A stretch of DNA of 64,000 bases, from positions 1-64,000 of the IMG/VR virus record IMGVR_UViG_3300024983_000001. One strand, written 5' to 3'. Source of the DNA: a virus. Under the pieces are notes generated by a model, which did no database searches, was not told the DNA's origin, and was given only the letters and a program-made list of their open reading frames with translations. Below, piece by piece: positions 54,842-64,000 of this stretch (position 1 is its first letter; each line of letters begins with the position of its first letter). Position numbers and translations under genes: made by a program.

Positions 54842-55124
54842 TGTCCTTTTTCCTGTAACCGTCGATGATTGCATCACGTTCTCTAACTGCTCCTTGGAGC
54901 TGTTTAACGGTAGCTTTCCAGTATTGAACTACTTTGCCAGGGTCTTTCTTATCAGCATCTGTTAGCTTGTTGAAATACAGATCTGGGTCTTCAACTGCAG
55001 CAGGGGCAGGACATTCTTTGGTAATGATTTTATCCACATAAACAACTTCTGTTTTTGGGGGTAAAGTGCCTGCGCACCCAGCCAAAGCTGCTGTGAACAG
55101 TATTAGTAGCGCAACATTTTTCAT
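54828..55124 (-). CDS. Outer-membrane spanin (Rz1-like lipoprotein)
   Basis: MKNVALLILFTAALAGC lipobox, Pro-rich; ATGA overlap with the upstream gene. Confidence 0.7.
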   Translation of the reverse strand: MKNVALLILFTAALAGCAGTLPPKTEVVYVDKIITKECPAPAAVEDPDLYFNKLTDADKKDPGKVVQYWKATVKQLQGAVRERDAIIDGYRKKDNEVK

Positions 55125-55549
55125 TTTTTGTCTCCCCACTGTAAATCTTTGACGCCATCTACAAGATAATCAATGGCAGACTGGCAATCCTTGGGCTTTG
55201 GACCATGAATAATTGTAAGAACGCCTGAATTGTACATACGACGATATTCAGCCAACTTATCTGCTGCCGCTTTCATTCGCGCATCCTGTTCATCAGATTT
55301 CTTCTTAAAGTCTTCAATTTCCGCATTTTGTTTAGCAATAGTATCTTTAAATGTTGATGATTGAGTATTAAGTTGCACACGCAAATTGACGATCGTATCC
55401 GCTTGTGTTTTAATGGTGTGTGTACGATCTGCCCAGTACAAATATATTAAAACTAGTGCAATAGCAACAACTATTTGTTTCCAGTAGGCCTGAAGAAATC
55501 CAACCACCGGACCTCCCGCCATTCCCGCCATTTTAAATAAGGCTCCCAT
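55121..55549 (-). CDS. Inner-membrane spanin (Rz-like)
   Basis: N-terminal TM, long coiled coil, C-terminal Cys. Confidence 0.7.
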   Translation of the reverse strand: MGALFKMAGMAGGPVVGFLQAYWKQIVVAIALVLIYLYWADRTHTIKTQADTIVNLRVQLNTQSSTFKDTIAKQNAEIEDFKKKSDEQDARMKAAADKLAEYRRMYNSGVLTIIHGPKPKDCQSAIDYLVDGVKDLQWGDKK

Positions 55550-55992
55550 ATTATTCTCCGTTCTGATTCATGCGTTTTTTAAGATTAAACAGCTCATGTT
55601 CCAACCGAATCGTTTTTCGCTTTTCTTCACGAAGGTTGAGCTCTAACCGCTTGATATAACGTTGTAAACGATCAATGAATGCTCGCAACTTTTTGTTATC
55701 TAGTTCGGTATTAGGTTTAATCATTATGTTATTTATGAACGAGTGATAAAGACTGTCAAAGCCAAAACTGTTGACACATCCGCAATATAGGAACTATTAC
55801 ATGCTGCCACGAATATACAATAATAGGAACACCAAAATATACATATACTATGATGGACGGTATAATACCAGCATACATGAGTGGTACAGCCACACGTTCA
55901 AAGGTTTCATAACCAAAAATCTTTGAGGTAAAATACATTAAAATGAATCCGACAAAATTTATATAACTACTCAACAAAATTAATTCAAACAT

Positions 55993-56283
55993 TTATCGCC
56001 TCCGTTTATTCTTGCGGTCATTTGTGTCTTTTGACTTGATGTAAAAATCAATAGGTTTGTTTTGTAACCACTTAACGAAGGCAACAATATCTGCATTCTC
56101 GAGCAAGCGTTCTATAGTATGATAGTAATTCAGCAACTCTCGCTCACTAAACACAGTATGAATTTTTCGGTGACACACTTTGTGTAACCAAACTGTTTCT
56201 TTACCCTTGAAGGTTTTAGGAATTAGGTGATGTTCATCTGCAGTATCATCCAACTCACGTTTACATAGTGGACATAAACTCAT
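55993..56283 (-). CDS. Small HNH-domain protein
   Basis: CPLC...HHLIPK...VCHRKIH. Confidence 0.75.
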   Translation of the reverse strand: MSLCPLCKRELDDTADEHHLIPKTFKGKETVWLHKVCHRKIHTVFSERELLNYYHTIERLLENADIVAFVKWLQNKPIDFYIKSKDTNDRKNKRRR

Positions 56284-56284
56284 T

Positions 56285-56611
56285 TTATTCACTCTCAATA
56301 GCAAAGTGACCATCAGAACCCACACGAATTGTTTCAGGAGCAATTTTGCAGCACGCTGCTTTGCGCTCAAGTACTCTCGCCTCATGCAACACAAGGGCCA
56401 TGCGTAGATGGTGGATAATTCCTGCATTACCGTCCCAATGAAGCTTGTTTTCAAGGTACTGAACTCTGTTGATTAGAGCACGTAACACTTCTTGGTTTTG
56501 TGTGCCTTCATGACTGCAATTGCCTTCACGATTCACAAAAGTTAGTTGCTGGGTGCCGTCTCCATCTATATGAGCTAATTCATAAATGTGACCTTCTTCA
56601 ATTATTTTCAT
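56285..56611 (-). CDS. Tad1-like helical-hairpin protein (candidate immune-signal sponge)
   Basis: GH.Y.L...L.F...GT.N.EVL..LI.R...L......N..I..L..AL...E.R...R. Confidence 0.45.
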   Translation of the reverse strand: MKIIEEGHIYELAHIDGDGTQQLTFVNREGNCSHEGTQNQEVLRALINRVQYLENKLHWDGNAGIIHHLRMALVLHEARVLERKAACCKIAPETIRVGSDGHFAIESE

Positions 56612-56682
56612 AATGTTTTCCATAAAAATGAGTCCACAATTACTTATGGACTCATAAAGTATAACCAAATTACAAATTTAAA

Positions 56683-56982
56683 TCAACCACGAAACAAACT
56701 GTGCTTTTTTAGGGGCAATCGTTCTTCCCCGTACAGGGGTTTGGTAGCAATTGCAGTATATCCTGTATTATAGTCTGGTTCGTAAAATATTTGACTTTCA
56801 ATACCACAGTTCCCCAGTCTTTTACGAATTTTTAACAGTTCTTCCTGATTTTTTGCACCCATTAAAACGATGTGCGTGCTTCCCTCCGGTTTGTTGTAAG
56901 CAAACCCAGCCTCAAGGGCTGCGTGTGATGCTTGCACGATTTTTTGTGGTGTTGTTAAATCTTCACGCACAAAAATGTACAT
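56683..56982 (-). CDS. Pth2-like peptidyl-tRNA hydrolase
   Basis: MYIFVREDL...QASHA...IVL...EELL...FYEPD....TAIA. Confidence 0.65.
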   Translation of the reverse strand: MYIFVREDLTTPQKIVQASHAALEAGFAYNKPEGSTHIVLMGAKNQEELLKIRKRLGNCGIESQIFYEPDYNTGYTAIATKPLYGEERLPLKKHSLFRG

Positions 56983-58541
56983 ATATGGTTTCTCTTCAAT
57001 CTAAATCATTGTTAATCCTTTCTAACCACGCTTCAGCCAAATATCGACTGTCACATTCGTTGTACATTGCAGCAATATCTCTGTTTAAACTAATGCGTAA
57101 GGCAAAATTCTTTTCCACTGACATGATGGCGTATAAGCCACTTCTGCTACGTTGACCACTCTCCAATGGTTGACCAGTTGTGTAAACGAATCGTTCTGCC
57201 TTATAGTCACCACCCAACGTGGCTGCTATCATTTCGCACAGGCTCTTACTAAAAGTAAGTCGGTGTAATTTGTTGGTTTTGGTGTTGATAAGCCCCCAGA
57301 TTTTATTCTGTTGTTTACAACCACCGCCCAAATAACACGCATTTTCGATATTGTCAATCTATTTCATTTTCATTTCCTTTCAATATTAACTGCAAAATTT
57401 TTAATAACTTCATCCTGAATCGTTTGTTTAACAACCCCTTGCACATAATCAACAAATGACGAAGTGTGATATCTATCCACTTTAACACCATGTTCGATAA
57501 AATCAAGCACCACCTTTTTAATAGTACGTTCTAACAAATTGGTGTTCAATTCACGTAGATATTCTTGCGTTACGCTCGATATTTTTTCTTCGATCAGTTG
57601 TTGTGCATACTCTTTGGTAATACCATATTCGTTATTGACCAAATTTCGAATAGCTTTGTGAGCCTGTGTACCCGTCATGTGTTGCATAGTATCCATGTTT
57701 ATTCTCCCTTCTTGTGGTAGTCAACTTCTTCGAGGTTGGCTAGGTGATCAACTGTAACAGTTCCGGCGAACGGTGCCAAAAATTTACTCACGGTGGCAAT
57801 GCGATCGATTTGAAGTTTGACCAAGTATTCCTTCGATTGCTTTAATGTCCAGGGCGAATCCACATCTTTGCCAACAATAAGTCTTGCCTGTTTGCATACA
57901 GAATTGATAGTATGAACTGCACAATTAAGCGCATTATACGGATCGTTTAGATTGCTGGTGATTTTATTGGCACCCTTGATCGGCGAAAACCCCACCGAGG
58001 CGTCCTTACCACGGATAATATTAAACAGCACGTGGTGTTCGGCACAAATCCATCCTTTAACAAGACGCCGTCCAGTTCCTTTGGACAAAGTCCATTTGTA
58101 TGACGTTCTGTCAACGAGGTATTCATCACAAGGTTCAAGAATTGGTTTAATACGAATATCGTTCACTGCTAATTTCCATGCGGAACGAAAATTGAGGTAT
58201 TGCTCTTTTGTTTCAAAAAAATTGGTTTTCATGGTATTTCTCCTTAAATTAAAATATAGTTGTTCAAAACATTGCATCTTGATAAATCTACACTACTTTT
58301 ACGGAGGACCGTTATTCAAAATCTACATCATGATTTTTTCTCCTGTTTAATGTCATACACTTTGGGCCAAACGACATCGGTTATATCACTCGACGTCAAA
58401 TCCTTTAAAATCTCACGCTCTTTATCTGAAAGAGCTAAAATAGCATCACCTGGCTTATATTTTATTGATTCAATCCAACGTGCAAATTCGTATTTATCTG
58501 CAAGGTTGGCCATCAACTGCCGTTGGCGATTACAGATTCTC

Positions 58542-58747
58542 TCACTCATAATCATACCAATTTGGATGAAGCTCTTTGAGAGCTGCTAAAACATATTTAT
58601 CATCAAGTTCACAAAGATTGTCGCAATCAGCATCTTCAAAGATGGTAACCAATTTTTTACAAACAGTCAACTTTTTGCTTTCTGGAATATTTTTTTAACA
58701 ACATCCCACACATCATCAAAAACATTTACGCCGCTGCTCCAACCCAT
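58542..58747 (-). pseudogene. Small gene split by a one-base frameshift in an A7 run
   Basis: MGWSSGVNVFDDVWDVVKK continues in the -1 frame as IPESKKLTVCKKLVTIFEDADCD...WYDYE. Confidence 0.5.
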
Positions 58748-59520
58748 ATCAATGCACCTTTTTTTCAACTGCGGCCGAAATGGCCGTCGCAATAATACCA
58801 AAGTTTCCATTTATACAATGTTGAGCAAGTTTTGTTAAATCTTCTGCAGTCAATTTTTCAAAAACTTTAACCAACTCTACGTTTGGTTCATTCTTTGTAA
58901 TATACGACATAATGTAAACTCCAACAAGTGATATATTATATATCTGTACGATCAAAGAGGTTATTTACCCCTTTGGTTTTTATTTCTTTCGTCCCATTCT
59001 TTTGCTTCGATTGCATAATCAATAACAGCTTCTATATCATTGAGTGTGTCAACATCATTTTCGGAAAACTGAAAAAACAAAGGTTTCAGCTCCAAGAGTC
59101 CATCACCTTCCCAAAAGTCAACATGGACAACTTTAAGATATTTTATTAGAAATGCGTATCGTTCTTCAATTGTCTTCATTCTAACATACAAAATAAACAA
59201 ATTACAGCGCTCATAACGGTCGATAACCCAAGAGCAAGTTGTGTGTGGTGCAAATTGAGATCGCCCGCAACGCCTGTAGCAATACCGAGAGTGATTCCCA
59301 CCATAGCCCAAAAATTCCAAGTTTTTGTCATTTCTTTGCTCCAATGTCCTTAAAATAAGATGATGTAAACATTCAGCTTCAATTTCCTGCAGTTCTCATA
59401 CCCCAGCCCATAAATGAACTGTTGCGTTCTCAACATTTATCTCTCCGGAAACTCAAATCCCGATTGCCTACTATATCCAGGGTTTTTATGAACCAGTTAC
59501 GGATACTGTTTACATCAATC

Positions 59521-59596
59521 TGGTGCGCTCGGGGAGGATCGAACTCCCACCAAATCGGGTTTAGAAGCCGTTGCTCTACCATTGAGCTACGAGCGC
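59521..59596 (-). tRNA. tRNA with encoded CCA; anticodon CUA in canonical register (amber suppressor-like) or a distorted Arg-UCU
   Basis: GCGCTCG/CGAGCGC acceptor stem, GCTC/GAGC D stem, GGGAG-TTCGATC-CTCCC T arm; anticodon arm ACGGC-TTCTAAA-CCCGA has only 3 WC pairs. Confidence 0.85.
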
Positions 59597-59601
59597 AAAA
59601 A

Positions 59602-59904
59602 TCATTTCCACAGTTTATACTTTTTAACTTGTGGAGGAAAAACGTGTCTTGGCATAAGCACAAGAGCAACTTCTTTATTATCTAACGAACTTTCAGTAAT
59701 TACAACACATCGTTCTATTTGTTTCGATTCTTCGAATTCTTCGCGGGTTACTTGTACTACCACTTTCTTAAAAGATTTTGTTACCCACTCAATAGTGTCT
59801 GGATCGTTTACAAACCGCAAATAAGCAGACAGGCTGGCGTGTGCAGTAACCAACGGCACGATTCCAGTTGGCACGTCATCGGGAATAAGAATATACATTT
59901 TCAT
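59602..59904 (-). CDS. Pth2-like peptidyl-tRNA hydrolase
   Basis: KMYILI...AHASL...W....FKKVVVQV..EEF...ITES.L...EVAL...PR. Confidence 0.7.
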   Translation of the reverse strand: MKMYILIPDDVPTGIVPLVTAHASLSAYLRFVNDPDTIEWVTKSFKKVVVQVTREEFEESKQIERCVVITESSLDNKEVALVLMPRHVFPPQVKKYKLWK

Positions 59905-60426
59905 GGTACTTTACCGTATTTTTCCGTTATGAAAATTTACTAAAAACTCTGCTTCTAATGCATATACAAAAAACTGTTGGTGGTTCACCAAATCAACCCC
60001 ACCATTATTGCTTGTTCGTTGTATAGACTGCACCAAACACGGATAACTCACCGGAGGGTTACCAACTATATTATGGCACTCACCTCTGCTCTTTGTAACA
60101 ACCAAATGTGTTTGGTAATGTTCCCAATCTTCAGTTCCCCGCAATAATTTCCATGGTGAATACATTGTTTAGTCTTTCTTTGATTATGAATAATTATATA
60201 TCAAAAAGAAAAACCGGTCAACGACCGGTTTTATATTACTTATTAGACAGGAGTTATTCCTGGTCTGTACGATACTTTTTCTTTTTTGTACGAACGTAGT
60301 CCCGGTGATAAACCTTCTGTGCGAGTGTCTTTGCAACCTTAGGAGCGCCTTCCTTTTTCTTTTCTTCCTCTTCTTTTAAGAGGTTATCCATTTCTTGTAA
60401 CAGCTTGAATTCCATTTGTATACTCC

Positions 60427-61095
60427 TTATGAACACTTAGCTGCATCAACCGATACAACTTTTCCCTTTGATGATCCATCAACGATGCGAGTGGTATAAA
60501 ACTTCTTACCAGCATCATTTTTACCTATACGAGCGATCTTGCCTTCAACCTTCTCGCCATCGTGATCAAATTTCACAAAATCCCCAACACCAGGATTATC
60601 AGCAGCTTCATTAATTAAAAACTCCATGAAAGTGGATGCTTTCAGTGCCTTCAGTTTCTTTTGAACCTTAGCTTCTTGGACAAGAATAACAGCTTTTGCA
60701 ACCTTATCTCTTGCTGACTCATTTGTGTTGTGATATGCCTTGTATCCATCCATAAATTCTGCACTAGCTTCTTTATCACCAGCATATGGATTGTTGGATA
60801 ACGAAAATGGTCCTGATTTTGGACTATGAAATGTATCCCCTTTAGCCTTACTATCTGCCTCTAACCTAGCAGACGACATCCCCGCCTTCCAATAAGTGGA
60901 GCGAACTGGTTTATTCTTATTTGGGGTGGGTGCACCCTCCCCCATCATTTTTTTGAAAATTCCAGTCACATAAGCAAAATCTTCTTCGTGCCCTTCCTTA
61001 GCAGCAGATTTTTTAGCAGCACTCCAGTGTTTCTCAGCGGCGGCTACTGTCATTTTGTGCTTTTTAGCTAATTTTTCAACATATGCTTGTGGCAT
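60427..61095 (-). CDS. Basic late protein, probably an internal head protein
   Basis: Lys/Ala-rich; late promoter at ~61125; internal TFMEFLINE. Confidence 0.5.
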   Translation of the reverse strand: MPQAYVEKLAKKHKMTVAAAEKHWSAAKKSAAKEGHEEDFAYVTGIFKKMMGEGAPTPNKNKPVRSTYWKAGMSSARLEADSKAKGDTFHSPKSGPFSLSNNPYAGDKEASAEFMDGYKAYHNTNESARDKVAKAVILVQEAKVQKKLKALKASTFMEFLINEAADNPGVGDFVKFDHDGEKVEGKIARIGKNDAGKKFYTTRIVDGSSKGKVVSVDAAKCS

Positions 61096-61133
61096 TCTAT
61101 TTCTCCTAACAACAAGTTTAAAAGTATTTATGG

Positions 61134-61550
61134 TTAAACCACAATAACAATATCATTTTGCGCCGTTTTAAAGTTGGCTTTATTCATTATGGTCTTAACA
61201 ACAAATTTAAACTTATTTCTTCCAATCGGTTCTATAACACATGGTATATTAATGACACCACCATCCATTGTGTGTTTAATAGTAATCTGTACTGGAGTTC
61301 CTTGAGCAGCTTGTGTAAACGCATCCACCACGGCAGGGTGTTTATTATCGAAGGCTTTTAAAAATAACTGGAGGGTTTCCATAACATGCGCTTCTTCTAC
61401 AGAATCACCTCTACCAACTTCGGTGGCACGGTCAAAAGAGTGAGTGGGTAGCAATAGGGATAACCCCCTACGGGCAAAATTACTAGAGTGAACCATCTTC
61501 ACGGTAGTAAATGATTGAGCAGCCATTTCAATTATATCGCGTATTTTCAT
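61134..61550 (-). CDS. Hypothetical protein with MKIRDIIE leader
   Basis: HSFDR...VVKTIM pattern. Confidence 0.5.
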   Translation of the reverse strand: MKIRDIIEMAAQSFTTVKMVHSSNFARRGLSLLLPTHSFDRATEVGRGDSVEEAHVMETLQLFLKAFDNKHPAVVDAFTQAAQGTPVQITIKHTMDGGVINIPCVIEPIGRNKFKFVVKTIMNKANFKTAQNDIVIVV

Positions 61551-61561
61551 TATGGATCCTA

Positions 61562-62440
61562 TTACAAGACTGGCACTCTCATCTGATGTGCGACAGTTTT
61601 AGTTTTTTCATTTGTTCTGTCAAATATAACACGTTGGACCGCTGGTGGGAATCTATCCTTAATCAATTGGATGATCTGTTCCGCTGTTTCAACATCTTCT
61701 ATATTTATACCACCACCAAACATTACTTCCAATGCTTCTTGAGGATCATCGATTACGATCGAATCACCAACAAAATCCAAATCTGGATGTGCCCTTTTGA
61801 TATCATCTGGAGTCACGGATTTCATGGTGGATAGATAACCATCCCCACGAACCTTTTTTGGTCGCATTTGAAAGATTCTCTTGAGACCTAAGTTCATATC
61901 CATTGAACGACCCACGCGAACGATTAGGTCACCCGTCTTATCATCATAAACGAATTTATCAACACCTTTTTGATCCAAAACAGAAGCAACAGCCTGTAAC
62001 AACATTCTGCGAATTGCCCCTTTGTAAATACTCTTATCTCCTGCTGATGCATATGCAAATTGTGCCCATTTAGTATTGGGCACATACATGAAGTCTACCT
62101 GTACTAAGCCGTTATTTGGATCTCCAGCAATCGGGACCGCATAAGAACCCACCTTTGTTCCTGGATTGTATGCGGTGTAGTCATCACCCAATACACCAAC
62201 CATTTTTTCGTGTATATCTTGTGGGTTATGAGTAGTAATGTTGACTGCGATATCAATATCACCACTTGTTGCTGTTTTTCCAGTTGACCCCAATGGAAAC
62301 ATATCAGCAACAGAAATCCCTGAAATTTTACTCACATATTGTAGAGTGGAAGGAATGTCGCCCCTATTGATGCGAATAACGCCTGCATTTTTTAGTGCAT
62401 ACCCACCTTCTTTGATAAGCTTGATTTCACGAATCTTCAT
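61562..62440 (-). CDS. Pol-beta-superfamily nucleotidyltransferase
   Basis: LGSTG....SGDIDIAV and VQVDFM. Confidence 0.7.
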   Translation of the reverse strand: MKIREIKLIKEGGYALKNAGVIRINRGDIPSTLQYVSKISGISVADMFPLGSTGKTATSGDIDIAVNITTHNPQDIHEKMVGVLGDDYTAYNPGTKVGSYAVPIAGDPNNGLVQVDFMYVPNTKWAQFAYASAGDKSIYKGAIRRMLLQAVASVLDQKGVDKFVYDDKTGDLIVRVGRSMDMNLGLKRIFQMRPKKVRGDGYLSTMKSVTPDDIKRAHPDLDFVGDSIVIDDPQEALEVMFGGGINIEDVETAEQIIQLIKDRFPPAVQRVIFDRTNEKTKTVAHQMRVPVL

Positions 62441-62892
62441 ATAAAAAATTATTCATCCGCCAATGTTTCCAACTCGTCTCTCAATTCTCTTGCAAGCTCG
62501 ATTGCGTTTTCAAATATATCAATATCCAAATCAAGGCCAGCGCCGTCGCTCATCTCGGCAATCATGTTATTAATGCGATCGACCAAATCAATGACAAAAT
62601 CCGTTTTGCTTTCAAACATACTACTATCTCCTGTGGATGGGTTTCGTAGTATTTAGAAATATAATGCGTTTTTACAAAGATTTTACGACAATATGTGGTC
62701 GTTGAGTACTAATTTTAGCCGAACAAAATATCCTGTCCCGATTCGGTTTTTTCAAGAATGTTATTAGGAACTCCAGGGGTTTGAGGAATCTGGCCCATGG
62801 CAATAGCCATTTCAACGAGATTTCTCGAAGGATATGGTCCAAAAGTACCGTTAGCATTTTTTACATAAAATACCGTTTTCGTTGGGTTATCG

Positions 62893-63333
62893 TTAGTAAG
62901 CATAAACATCTCCAGTTGAAATTAGTCTTGGCTCGAGCCATTCTTTCAAGTGAGGCTCGTATTGTTCTACATAGTTATCAGGCATGTCAAGAAAATAATT
63001 ATACAACCGAATGCCGACACAACGACGATTGTTTAAAATATCACCTATCGTTACAAATATAAAGCGTTGGCCGTTTGGCACAACATACAATTCTGTGGTC
63101 GACATCAGATTGTGTTTAATATGTTCTTCTACCAAAACATCGCTGAAAATACGCATTAGTTGTTTGGCCCATGTATCAGTATGAGTCACAATCATGGTTT
63201 CAGCATAAGCGTTACCAACTTGAGCAATGCCCAAAAGTTGTGTTAACATAGCAGTGGTTTTCCCCACTCCCCTTCCTACCAGTTTTCCTTCTATAACAGC
63301 GTGTAGTCTTTCAGTATCAAGTGTATCAATCAT
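62893..63333 (-). CDS. Small P-loop protein
   Basis: GRGVGKTT. Confidence 0.5.
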   Translation of the reverse strand: MIDTLDTERLHAVIEGKLVGRGVGKTTAMLTQLLGIAQVGNAYAETMIVTHTDTWAKQLMRIFSDVLVEEHIKHNLMSTTELYVVPNGQRFIFVTIGDILNNRRCVGIRLYNYFLDMPDNYVEQYEPHLKEWLEPRLISTGDVYAY

Positions 63334-63379
63334 TATAAATCCTTTTTGTAATATTTACTGTAACTTTTTGGGGGGATTC

Positions 63380-63847
63380 CTATTGTTCACACACAAACAC
63401 TGCTGTACCATATTGTTTCGACAACGTTTTCATAACAGGTTCAACTTCAGTTGACCATGACAGGCCACCCAAACCGCACCCAATTTTTGGCATATAAAAT
63501 GGTAAACCTAATGCATCCGCCAGGTCAAGTGCATTGTGAACGGACTCCTCAACAGCTTCAAGTTTTGCAAATTTGGCACCGGTTCTTCCATAATACTCTT
63601 GGGTAAAACAATTTGCAATTATTAATTCTGAATTAATAGTAGCAAAATCAACAATACCCAACAAGTATCCCGCATTATTTTTTCGTTTATATATTTCACA
63701 CAGCTCGTGATATTTTGTAAAAATAGACGGATGTTTATCACGAAGACATTTTGCTACGCCGGAACCCATTACACCTTGACAATTTACACCATGTGCCACA
63801 ACTCCACGAGTAACAGTAGCAATGTCCTTTTTAATATATGTTAACAT
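63380..63847 (-). CDS. Macrodomain ADP-ribose hydrolase
   Basis: DI, AHGVNC.GVMGSGVA, N.FTQ, PKIGCGLGGL.W. Confidence 0.88.
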   Translation of the reverse strand: MLTYIKKDIATVTRGVVAHGVNCQGVMGSGVAKCLRDKHPSIFTKYHELCEIYKRKNNAGYLLGIVDFATINSELIIANCFTQEYYGRTGAKFAKLEAVEESVHNALDLADALGLPFYMPKIGCGLGGLSWSTEVEPVMKTLSKQYGTAVFVCEQ

Positions 63848-64000
63848 TCAAACGCTTCCATTTTCAAATTCTTTTTGGTTTTCGTATGGTGCTACATATT
63901 TGCGGTAGTATTCTTGTTTGCAGGATTCCAACATTCCCATTACTTCATTATATCCATGATAATTTTGTTTTGAGTCGGGATACACAGACAAAATTAGTTT

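Noticed and set aside
1-64000. TAG stop-codon reassignment in this window
   Set aside because: Conserved genes are full length under the standard code, and TAG occurs at plausible gene ends
1-64000. CRISPR array, IS elements or integrase
   Set aside because: No regularly spaced repeats or transposase/recombinase motifs seen; the repeats at ~38841 and ~44956-45022 are coding

Overview
64 kb of an AT-rich, gene-dense genome of a large T4-superfamily-like (probably jumbo) phage with a Gram-negative host. Supporting evidence is TATAAATA-type late promoters, sigma70-type early promoters, a gp23-family capsid paralogue and an i-/o-spanin pair. Most genes are on the minus strand. The window encodes nucleotide and replication enzymes (NrdA end, NrdB, ThyA, DHFR, two topoisomerase II subunits, primase, NAD+-ligase), PhoH, a PrkA/YeaH/SpoVR trio, four free-standing homing endonucleases and anti-defence candidates (Acb1, Tad1-like, macrodomain). 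The standout region is 15.1-17.45 kb. It holds a circularly permuted (two-piece) tmRNA gene with tag ANDSHFDMALAA directly upstream of a phage clpP, a divergent endonuclease whose candidate promoter lies inside the tmRNA intervening segment, and about 550 nt of unannotated, highly structured non-coding RNA. Elsewhere are three Pth2-like proteins, Thg1, RNA ligase 1, an HslV-like protease and a tRNA whose canonical register reads CUA; together these suggest a phage-encoded ribosome-rescue, tRNA-repair and proteolysis toolkit. About 17 small or medium genes share an N-terminal MK(L/I)xE/D(L/I)..E leader resembling a capsid-targeting sequence. All calls come from motif recognition and manual base-pairing; no searches were run.
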